A stretch of 64,000 nt of DNA from Klebsormidium nitens (lineage: Eukaryota; Plantae; Klebsormidiophyceae): contig DF237049.1 of assembly GCA_000708835.1 (NCBI GenBank), positions 1 through 64,000 of the forward strand. The letters are read 5' to 3'. Of this stretch, positions 25,317 through 36,599 are shown piece by piece; positions within the stretch are counted from its first letter, which is position 1; each line of letters begins with the position of its first letter. Both the position numbers and the translations under genes were made by a program. The notes beneath the pieces are model-generated. The model was not told the origin of the DNA. It saw only the letters and a program-made list of their open reading frames with translations, and searched no databases.

Positions 25317-26386
25317 GGTGGCGGCCTCTGCTTACTACACTGGATCTAGAGAGGTCCTTCGAACGCAAGAGGACCTCGCAACGACCACTTCGCTGCGTCG
25401 TCCTGAAACGTCTTTCCTGACTTCAGCACAAATTTGCAAGCATTGCTAGCCAAGCTGACAGAGGAGGTTGCTGGGCCTGGCCAATGCTGGCATTCCATGG
25501 CTGCTTCGCTCATGCTCATCCTGCGGCGGGCTGTTTCCCACCCTCGATCTGGCCACACTTGTGGCTCAGACTCCATCTGAGATGGACCAAATCCACTGCG
25601 GGCAAACCCTGGCCGTCCAAAAATCTGCGGATTGGTCTGGCAAAGGGGGGGACCAAACGCCGGCAAACGTGGGGGAGGATATCCGCCCCCTGGTCTTCAA
25701 AACTTGCTGTACGTTGAGATTCAGCACGCCGGGTTTGTGAGCGCTGACCTGTAGTGAGCTGTGGTTTTCGAAGCCTGGTCCGCTTACAGTCAAATTGAAG
25801 ATTCTCCCCAGATTCTGGTCCGTAAGATTCAACACGTGGTAACGTGTTTTACTGGTTCTCAATTGCTCGGACAGGACTGCTTGTCGGACGCAAGCTGAGT
25901 AGCATCTGACAAGTCCGAACCGTCCGAATGGGGTTTTGAGCGTGCTGACAACTTGGACCCTTTCTAGGGAGGACTTGGCAGTGACAAAAACTTATGCTGG
26001 TGAGTTGCACAGGGAGCTCTTGAAGTTGAAACTTCATTGTCAAGAGTCAAGACTCATCATCGCTCTGTTGCGCAATGCATGAACTGGACGAAGGAAGGTG
26101 CTGACTCGAAAGCTCGCTAGGAAAACTGCAGCGACTTTGCGACGAAGAAAGTCGTAAGCACAAGGTGACGAATTGACAACATACAACCAGTCCTGTGTTC
26201 CTCCTCGGAGAGTCGCCGCATCATCTGTGCTTGACGAAGTTCCTGAATCAAAGATTGATTGCTCAATCGTCATTAGGGTCCAGAAGGTTCAAGACCTTGG
26301 TAGCGGTGTATATTGTGTTTTTGAATCTGTGCTGCTTGAGATCCTCGCTTCGCCACTCTTAGTGCAGCCCAGTTTTGTCCCCCCAG

Positions 26387-26434
26387 ATGCCGCGGCCCCC
26401 GTGCCGCCCCCTCCCTTTAGCCATGGGACCCTAG
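26387..26434 (+). other. Candidate 15-codon uORF (MPRPPCRPLPLAMGP*) upstream of and in frame with TPS1
   Basis: ATGs at 26387 and 26423; TAG at 26432-26434, 66 nt before the TPS1 ATG at 26501. Whether this lies in the transcript is unknown. Confidence 0.3.
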
Positions 26435-26500
26435 GCGCCCGAAAAGCTGGAGCCTGCCGAGGACTCGTACAGTGACTTTCTGTTTGAGGAGTCAGGGAGG

Positions 26501-29500
26501 ATGCCCTACTCGCTCAACCTCCAGAGGCCGCCCGAGAAGGTCCGTGCGGGATGGGAGGGCGACGACTCCCTCGACCCCGGCACGCCGCGCCGGCGCTTCT
26601 CGCTCTCCACACCCGAGCACTTCCGCACCACAATGCACCGCGGGGCGTCCTTTTCTGGCGACGACACTCTGCGCGTGCTCAGCCAGCAAGCCGGCGGCGC
26701 GGCGCCCTCCCCGGGGCGGGGTAAGGACATGAACCTCACGCCGTCCTTCTCGTCGTCGCGTGTGGAGCGGCTGCTGCGCGAGCGGCAATTGCGGCGCAGC
26801 GGCAGCGCATTCCAGCTGGGGGACGAGTCGGTGGAGTCTGACTTTGGGCTGACGAGCCGGCAGGGCAGCTTTGACGGCAGCGTGACCAGCATCTCGGAGA
26901 AGCAGGCATCGCCAGTGCTGCCCGCGCAGCGCCTCATGGTCGTGGCGAACCGGCTGCCAGTGTCCGCCACACGTCGGCCCGATGGGTCGTGGCAGCTGGA
27001 CCTCAGCGCAGGGGGGCTCGTGAGTGCGCTGCTGGGTAAGGGTTTATGGCGCAGAAGGATTTCTAAGACGTGCCTTGCCCAGATGATGGTGGTCAGCAGA
27101 TGGAGACGGAATGCAGTCTTCGCCGTCTGAAAATGTTTTTAGTTGTCGACTAAAACTCTGCAATGCATGCAGACAGGTTGATTCCTAGATGCTTGTATTG
27201 GCGCCCAGATTATAGAAAGCGGTGCAATGGACGAATTGTCACTTCTCAGGGGTCCGCAATAAGAAGCGGTCCACCATGGTGAATCACATTTGTAATGTAG
27301 CGGCTTTTAAGCGATGCCCAGATCCACAACTTTCCCGCGATGTCTTCCTCAGAAGTCCAGCACTGTGTTGGGTGGAGTCCCCAAGCACACTTGGAGAACA
27401 TGGGAACCTTTTTACGTTCAGGTGTGAAGCAGAACTTCGAGACGCGGTGGATTGGGTGGCCTGGGCTGTATGTTCCGGATGAAGCGGGCCGCAAGAGCCT
27501 GCAGAAAGCGCTTGCCGACAAGGTGAGAAGCTTCGCGCATGGTACCGCCGACTTCTCGTATCCCTCTTCCACATTTTCTGAACCTCTTGTCCATTGAAAA
27601 GGGGCACTAGATTGCATCAAAGTGCAAACGATCCTCAAAGACCGAAGGGCTTACAGGATTATGTCATTCCGAACTGATGCCCATATTCCACCAGAGCTTT
27701 CAAGTGTTCCCTTTGGTCCCAGTAGTAATGAATACGGACATGACAATTCCAGGTAGAACAGATGCACGAGCCAAGGCGCCACCACCAGGCATGGCGCACA
27801 TAAGCCCCTCGGAAGAAAGATTGCCTGCAACCAAGCCCCGTTTTACCTTGAGTGGGGGATCAAGTCCTCCTGATCTCGTTTCCCAGTTTTCAATCTCAAT
27901 ACAGGAGGAGTTTTAAGCAAGAAACTACATGTAAAGGAAGTCGGCCTTGTTTGAGTGTGATGCCCCCGTTCTCTGCAGGGGTGCGTCCCTGTGTTCCTGG
28001 ACGAGAACACGGTGGACCAATACTACAACGGCTACTGCAACAACGTGCTGTGGCCGCTCTTCCACTACATCGGCCTGCCCACGGAGGACCGGCTCGCCGC
28101 CACGCGCAGCCTGCAGAGCCAGTGGGCCGCCTATAAGCGCGCCAACGAACAGTTTGCTGACACAGTTCTCTCCCAGTATCAGGTTTGTGCGTGCTACCCC
28201 TGGTGCGCACTGATTGGAGTCTTGCTTTTTGGTTTGCAAAAGGGGTGTGCAGCTTCCGGTGTTCTGGCCCATAGTTTGAAGAAGGGATGGGCAGGTTCGT
28301 GACTCCTATTGGGAATGCGAGCTTAAAGTGGGCGTAGGGGTCTGACGGACGCCGTCACCGTGTTGCTCTCTTGACCAATCATCGCAACGATCTGGGCCGT
28401 CCGATCGCCATTGCAAGCGCGCTTGCTATGCCAACTTTAGAACCCGACGTCTATGGGACCCGACCGTAGTAAACCGTGTGTCTGTGCTGTTGACGCCCGT
28501 CGCGCTCTGTCTTTCCAGGAGGGCGACGTGGTGTGGTGCCACGACTACCACCTGATGCTGCTGCCCAGCTACCTCAAGAACCACCACACCCAGATGAAAG
28601 TCGGCTGGTTCCTGCACACTCCGTTCCCCTCATCCGAAATCTACCGCACGCTGCCCCTCCGGTCCGAGATCCTCCGGGGCGTCCTGGCCGCGGACCTTAT
28701 CGGGTGAGGGCGAATGTCGATTGTCGCTTTTGCCAGTTCATTCGAACGAGACACGTCTCCTTGGAAGGTCGGCACTTCCTTTTTCGACAGCCCAATTTTC
28801 GGAGGAGCCTTTTCCGACAACCCAGCTTTCGGAGAAGCTTGTTATTAAGTGGGCATCTTATTCTGGTAAGCAAAATATTGAGACTGAGCCCTAAGGATGG
28901 CTCGAAGAGGCAGCTGCGACCTGTCCAAGAGTCCAATCCAACTGCAAACACCGTCCAGTGTACAAATGAGCTCGCGGAGCTCTACGCCCATGAAAGAGCT
29001 TCGGAAAAACATACGAAGGAAAGCCACATGATTTGTAAGGAAGAGGGAAGCGAGAAATTGGGCGCTGGAAGTTGCTGCAGCGCACAGTGAGGAGGAGCTT
29101 CCGTATAAACACGAGAATATTTGGCCCAGCGACCCAGATAGAGTCACTTGATTGAATTGAAAGTCCGTGTAGATTCAAAGCAGGCTGCGCAATGCTGATC
29201 GAAGTTGCCCTCCCGTCGCAGTTTCCACACGTACGACTATGCGCGTCACTTCGTAAGCGCGTGTACGCGCATCCTGGGGCTGGAGGGCACGCCAGACGGG
29301 GTGGAAGACAGCGGGAGCGTTACTCGGGTGGCTGCGTTCCCAATCGGGATCGACCCCGACCGCTTCACGCAGGCGCTCGAAACGGACGTGGTCAAGACGC
29401 ACATTGCCGAGCTGAAGGCGCGCTTTGCTGGGCGAAAGGTGGGGCGCTGGGATTGTCGTCGTTCTTTGGATAGTCAAAGGATCACTGGGGCTGCGAGCTG

Positions 29501-32500
29501 AGTTCTTTGCTACGTTGGCGAATGCTTCGTCTGAATTGCTGACAGACTTGAGGACGAATTGCAGAGTTGGTCAGGACGGTATGGAGAAGCCCTCGTTTGG
29601 ACATTTCTTGTTGATGGTCGTGAAAGCAATAAGAATCTGCTCAATATGCTAGATTGAAGTCCATCTTTCTCCTTAGCCGGTAGACTTGATTCTGCCTGGG
29701 CAGTTCAAGCCCGATACTGACGGAGAGCGGATGATCAGTCCGCTCCATCCGAATTTCCGCGACTCTGGCTCCTGGTGCCTGTCGCTGACGTGATGCTGAC
29801 GTCGTTGGCGGGCGGCGCAGGTGATGCTTGGTGTGGATCGACTGGACATGATCAAAGGGATTCCCCAGAAGCTGCTCGCCTTCGAGAAGTTCTTGGAGGA
29901 GAATCCCGACTGGATCAACAAGGTAAGATGATTGCGAAGGCAGTCAGCTTTGCACAACCCGCTTTTCCGGTCGCTTGAGTTTGACTGTTGTTATTGCGCG
30001 CCTTGTCTTGTTTGCCCGGCATGGTGAGGCCTTCTTAGGATCGGGTGTTCTACGAATCCGTACTTTGACATTGAATTGTTGTCTGGGGTGCCTACCGTGC
30101 CACCGGAGCCATCAAAAGGGTATTCTTCCAGCAATATGCGATCGACGACCTACCGTCGAGCATTTCGCACTTTGCAAGTCTGGTGGCCCGTTCATTCTGA
30201 AGTGTGTGCATGGCTATTCTTGACCGTTAACTTGTTTCATGCCGTGAGGGAGAGGTGTTACTGCAATCTTTTGACTGTGCCTTTACGCTGCGCAGCAGGT
30301 CGTTGTACAATTGTCGACGGAAGCCCTTTCCTTTGCCCGCAGGAAACGGGTTTAGGGAAGGGTCCTCTGAGTTTCACGATGCCCGCTTGCAGATCGTCCT
30401 GGCAACTTGCGCGGGTCGGAGAGCTTTGATTCCTTTTCTCCTCCCCGGTCCCTCCTTGTCTCCTCACACGCACTCCCTCCGTCCGCAGGTGCTGCTGGTG
30501 CAGATCGCGGTGCCGTCGCGCACGGACGTGCCCGAGTACCAGAAGCTGACGAGCCTGGTGCACGAGATCGTGGGGCGCATCAACGGCCGCTTCGGCACGC
30601 TGACCACGGTGCCCATCCACCACCTGGACCGCTCCCTCGCCTTCCACGAGCTCTGCGCGCTCTATGCCATCACCGACGTCGCGCTCGTCACCTCTCTCCG
30701 CGACGGCATGAACCTCGTCTCCTACGAGTGAGCCCCGCGAATCTGGAGGTTGGCGCTTTGCGATGGTGAAGTTCCGGACGTACGGCTCGAGAATGTCAGG
30801 AATGTGGATTGTGCTTTTTTGGGCTCCACGAACGTCGATACCGTCACTCACTTTATTCGAGAGCGATTCAAGTGGACTCATCAACTTGAAATTTTCCAGT
30901 GGCAAGATTCTCTGGGATTTGTCTGTTGACAATCAGAGACCCAACCTCACAGCTCTTCTTTTTCTTGACCCGCCGCTGACTTTACGCCATCCGGTTCCAG
31001 GTACGTCGCCTGCCAGAACGAGCGCAAGGGCGTGCTCATCCTGTCCGAGTTTGCGGGCGCCGCGCAGTCGCTCGGCGCGGGCGCCATCCTGGTGAACCCG
31101 TGGAATGTGTCCGACGTCGCGGCGAGCATCGAGGACGCGCTGACCATGTCCGAGGCGGAGCGCGCGGAGCGGCACAAGCACAACTTTCAGCATGTGACGG
31201 TGCACACCGCGCAGGCGTGGGCGGACACTTTCGTCAGCGAGCTGAACGACACGCTCGTCGAGGCGGAGCTGCGCACGCTCAAGATCCCGCCGCTGCTCTC
31301 GCCCATGCGCGCCACCGAGGCCTTCCGGGCCTCGCAGAACCGGCTCATCGTGCTGGTGAGGGGACGGCTGCTGAACCGCTGTTGGGGATGAAGCCGAGAT
31401 TATTAGGTGCCAGCTTGCGTTCAGAAAGGTCCTCTCGATCGCCGGTTTGTTTCAAGTCTGCTACCCTCTCGTTATTGCAGTACCTTATAGTGATGAAACC
31501 TTACTCCTTCTGCCAGCCTTTTTGTGCTAAGCAATCTGAACGGTGCTTGTCTTATCTTTTCTCGACCACCCTGTGTCCCTACTGTCTATTCACGAGTCAG
31601 GAGGTTGAAACCGGGAAGCGCTTGGAGCCTAAGTCAGACTTCATGCAGATGCTTAAGTGAGCGACTATTTCATCGCTTGCTTTCGCCTTACGCCCATCTT
31701 CTCTGCCAGGGCTGGACGTCGACCCTGACCGCTTCCACAGAGGCCCCCCGGCGGCGGCACCCCGACCAGATCAAGGAGATGAAGGTGCGGCTGCACCCGA
31801 CGGCGCGCGAGTGCCTGCGCGTCCTCTGCGCGGACCCGCACACCACCGTCGTCGTGCTCAGCGGCAGCGACAGGCAGGCGCTCGACGAGGTCAGTCCCTC
31901 TAACGGAAGTCTCCTTGCTTGCGGTGCATTGCTTGGTGGTGCAATACCAATGCCTTCTGACTCTACTGGCAGCGTTTTTGGACCTACACATCCCTGGAAA
32001 AGCAAGCAAACTTTGATCCAGGTCGAGCTAGTGGGCTTGGCCTGCACACTTTGACCACCGCTAGTTGAAAGCTTTTTTGGACCTATGATTATCCATGCAC
32101 CAAAATGAGTGCCGCTAGATTGTGAATTTGATGCTTCAAGGCCCGCGTTCAAGAGCTTTCAGCAGGGTTGGTTGGCGAATGCGCAACTTCTGCAAAGCGA
32201 AGCGCAGCGTGCCACAGGACTGTTCTTGCCTTCCCGAACAGTCGGACTGTTTTCAACTGCAACTGTTTGTCCTGTGGGTGACGTCATCTTGCCCGCGTCA
32301 TCTTGCCCGTTTCTTGCCCGTTTCTTGCGACCGTGACACCGGGCCTTGCTGTGCCTCGTGCAGGCGTTTGGCGACGAGCTGGACATTTGGCTGGCGGCAG
32401 AGAACGGGATGTTCCTGCGGCACTCGTCTACGAAGCGCGACTGGATCAACGTCATGCCGGAGCACATGAACATGGACTGGATGGAGAGCGTGCAGGTCAG

Positions 32501-35117
32501 GAGAAAGCTCGCAACACGCTTGGCGGGCCTACGTGATTTTCTAGAGCGTGTTCAGCTGCAGAAAGAGGTTCCGCTCACGCGAAATTGTCAAGGCGAGTCG
32601 GACGGGCAAGTCGACAGAGCAAAAAAGAGAAGGGGAATGCGAGCATGACTGCTCAATGCGCTTTGGATCTGCGTGTCCAGGTTGGTCAATCCTGGGGTCA
32701 ACGGATAACGATTCGGGTTGAAAAGGCGAGCGTAGTTGGCGGCCAGGTTGAACGACCGTGTCGTTTCCTGTTGAGGGAAGTAGGACGTGCCGCCCCTTCC
32801 GAAATATCACGCCCACTGTTTGTGGCTAAGTTTCTCGATGCGTGCTCTGGTGCAGATGGTGTTCGACTACTTCTGCGAGCGTACTCCGCGGTCGTACGTG
32901 GAGACCCGGGAGACGTCTCTGGTGTGGAACTACAAGTTTGCAGGTGCGCAGCTGTGCAAAGATGCGTTTGTTCCATCTCCTCACTACCCCTCCGGCATCT
33001 CGACGTATTTTGATTACCTTCTTTGGTTCCGCGAGCTGGTTCTTTTCACTTCCGGTTGCTGAGTATTTGACTACATCGTGCAATGGTACAGAACACTTAT
33101 TTACTGACGTCCAGTCTACTCTGCCGCAGCCCTTTGATTTTGCGCTTTAACACTCATTGCTGGCAAAAAGCAGGTTTATGAACCCTGAACGGTCTGGGTT
33201 CATAAACCTCCATGCTGTATCGAGCTCTCGCAATTTCTTTGCTCCACGTATCCAGACCGCCCTTGCTTTTCATTGTTACAAGCTCAGCCTCCGCACATGC
33301 CGTCATCCACTCACCTCAAACAAGCACACCATCTTCTTGCCCGCGTTTCTCCCTGCGTCCTCCACCTCTTAACTCCGCTTCCTTCTCCCCGCTAACCGTT
33401 CCTTAACCCGTGTGTCCAGACGTGGAGTTCGGGCGCGTCCAGGCGCGCGACATGCTGCAGCACCTGTGGACGGGCCCCATTTCCAACGCGGCGGTGGACG
33501 TGGTGCAGGGCAGCAAGAGCGTGGAGGTGCGCCCCGTCGGCGTCTCCAAGGGCGCCGCCATCGAGCGCATCGTCACCGAGATCGCCAACAAGAAGCCGCT
33601 GCCCACGCCCGTCGACTTCGTGCTCTGCATCGGCCACTTCCTCTCCAAGGTGACGGCCGTACCCTGGTCGTGTTCGTTCTGCTCATTGATCGACGGTTTC
33701 TGTCCGGACATGTGAGTCAGTTTCAGAATCACCGTCCGACCACTTAGATCAGCAGCGGGACGGCACATCTAGTTGCGAGTTATGATGCGGCTTCAGGCAT
33801 ACCAAATTTTTGGAGAGACGGTGGAACTTGGCTGTACCGGAAAGAAATGGCTCGGTCACCAATCGGCCAGTACGCCGGAATAGTGCGTCGCAGAAGCAGG
33901 AGGGCAGAGGCGTGTTCGCGCGGCTTGCTGCAATCATTCCCGCAGCGAGGGCAGCCCTTGTACGTGCCCAAGCACGGGGCATCCCTTGCTCCAAGCACAA
34001 CTAAAGTGTAGCATTGTGCTCGATCCGCTTATGTTCTGAACTACCATCCGCCGATCTTGGTACGTCTCGGGTGCGACCCCCGGTTCATCAACTTTGCAGG
34101 ACGAGGAGATCTACACCTTCTTCGAGCCAGACGAGCCCGAGCCCGCCCCGGACCCTCCCCCCGAGGCATCCACCTCCGACGCCGCGCACGCCGACCCCTC
34201 CTTCCACCGCCCCCCCCCCTCCGCCGCCATGCCGATCACCGAACCGCCCCCCCCCGCGCACGGCCCCCCGTATTCACACCACCTGCAGCACAAGTCGCGG
34301 CGAAAAACGAGCGGCGAGAAGAGCCGGCGCGGGGACAAGGGCAAGGGCCACCCGGGCAGCGCGCTCACGCGCTTCCCGAGCAGCCCCGACCGCACCAACG
34401 GCGACGGCGGCGCCGTGGGGAGCCCCGGGCAGGCGGCCGCGGTGCGCCGGCGGTGGTCCTGGGACGGCGAGCTGGACCACGCGCTGCTGGACCTCAAGGA
34501 CGACCACTACTTCTCGTGCGCGGTGAGGACACGAGGCATGCGAAGGCATCCCAAGGCGATATATTTTGAACCGAGGGAATGGAAACATATGGAACACTTG
34601 GGTTGTTTGTGCTTTGACGTTCCTGCCGACCAGCCGTGCGGTGGTCTTGGAGGATACCGTCGATGCAGAGGCTTGGGGGGCGGTCTCGGAAAGTGTTGAT
34701 TGAGTGCATCGCAAATGCAGGGGTTGAGGTATGATGTGTGATATGCACGCTCGGAGACTGGCTGCCTAGATCAAAGCCTGCCTCTGGCCCCTAGTGACTT
34801 TGGCAGTGAGTGTTGACCGGCGTGGACCTCTCGCGCCTTAAAGCGACCCTCCAAGCAGCGGATCTGCGGCTGACATTCCCCCCGTTTTGCAGGTCGGCCG
34901 GAAACGGTCAGTGGCGCGGTACAGCCTGCCCAACTCGGACGAGGTGGCAGGGCTGCTGCGCGTGCTGGTGGAAACGCTGGACCCGGGGCACCACTTTGAG
35001 GTGTACGAGGAGCTGAGGCGGGTAGAAAGCATGGAGCGCATCATGTCTTCCGATCAACTGTCGCGCATGGACAACCTGCACATCCGCGAGCCCATCCCTG
35101 AAGTAGCCCACGCATGA
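26501..35117 (+). CDS. TPS1: Class I trehalose-6-phosphate synthase (GT20 domain plus degenerate TPP domain)
   Basis: Exons 26501-27035, 27422-27522, 27979-28182, 28519-28703, 29222-29438, 29821-29922, 30489-30727, 31001-31355, 31710-31889, 32364-32495, 32856-32943, 33420-33649, 34100-34522, 34893-35117. Motifs: RLMVVANRLPV, SAGGLVSAL, WIGWPG, YYNGYCNNVLWPLFHY, WCHDYHLM, GWFLHTPFPSSE, GVDRLDMIKGIPQK, LRDGMNLVSYE, ILSEFAGAA, GHFLSKDE, YFSCAVGRKRSVARY. Confidence 0.98.
28779..28838. repeat. Two-copy 30-bp tandem duplication in TPS1 intron 4
   Basis: ctttttcgacagcccaattttcggaggagc versus cttttccgacaacccagctttcggagaagc: 25/30 identical, and all five differences are transitions. Confidence 0.8.
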
Positions 35118-36599
35118 CCGACCGAGTTCAAAGAGCTCAGAGTGACGGTTTCAATCAGCTTAGGGCGTAGCGGATAGCAGCATGCATGCATTCATCTTCG
35201 GCAATCGATATTGCCAACCAATTTAGGCGAGTCCGGGATCATGGAAAGCTTGAGAAGTTAACGGGGTGCAGTCCTTGTTTGGAATGGTCACCATCGGAGC
35301 CGTGTGGGCTATCGACCTCAAGAGCCAATTACACGCCCAGGGGTGAACAAAAAGGAGCTCACATCCGAATGTCATCGGTTGTGTAAAGGTTGGCTGCAGC
35401 TTGCCGGCCGCGGATTCTGCTTACAGAGAACGTTTGGGCCTTGATAGGTCCTGAACAGCAGTACTTGTGAGAACATGCTTGAAAGATAATTAGCAGATTC
35501 TCAGTGATCGAATCTGGTGTCAGTTTGTACAAGTCATTATTTCAATCAACGCCGGGCCAACGGATCGGGCGCGGCAATGATATGAGCGCCCATTGTCACT
35601 AGCTAACTAGGCTCCACTCGGCAGAGCCATCCGACGAAGCACTAGCTCTCACCACTCATGTCAGTGCGGTTTCGGAAGTCGGACTCATAGCTGGCAAGAG
35701 TTTCTGTCCATGACAGGCTCGAAGAACAAGTGATGCAGACCGCGCACGCGGTACACTTATCCCAGGCTCTTCCAAGCTTCATCCACCATGATTCTTATTG
35801 CATATATCAAGGCTCTTTGGGGGCATGAATTTAACATCGTATATACGTAATATATACGTGATATATTCAATGCAAAATTTTATAAAGTGATTGCACTACA
35901 AGATGAAATTGCATGATACACTGACTATACATATCATGTGATTCAAATTTTACTGATTCAAAATCATGATCGAACATGTACCGGTATAAATCCATGCTAG
36001 TATATCGCACGGCCGCTCGAGTTGGCAAAAACATGTAGCTAGACTCATTGTTGCATCATGTGCAGAACGATCCGCTAGTAGAAGACCGTCAAGTTCCCAG
36101 GCCGCCCTGCACACGTACTGACAGCTGGCTCCATGCGCAGTAGGATGCCGGCCCAACACTCGAATCGGGCCCGCGCGGCGAGATCTTTGTCAATGATCAT
36201 GGATCGAAGTTATTTACGCGTACACTGAGCTGCCCATCATGCAATCCGAAGGTCCCTTCAATTGTTCAGATATTCGGGCCGCGCTTGAATCGTCACAACT
36301 CTGTTCATCGTGGCCGGATGGAGTTAAGCACCAGCCCACTGCTTTCGTGAACAGCGACAATATTGATGAAGAGACGTCCAGTCCATGAAAATAATCACGA
36401 ACGACACTCGTGGATGCTCGTCTCAGAACCCACGGATTGGGTGTGTTTGCCCACTCAGGGACACATTATGCGGGGGCCACACAACGACTCAGCGACAACA
36501 TTGTCAAAAGAAAGTCGCTTACTCAGAGCAGCAAAGCTCAGCTCAAAGACGAACGGGCAAAATTTGTCACGATAGCCTGGTGAGAAGGATGGATGCTCA

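Noticed and set aside
32282-32327. Short tcttgccc(g) reiterations in a TPS1 intron
   Set aside because: Ordinary slippage-type microrepeat in a polypyrimidine region.
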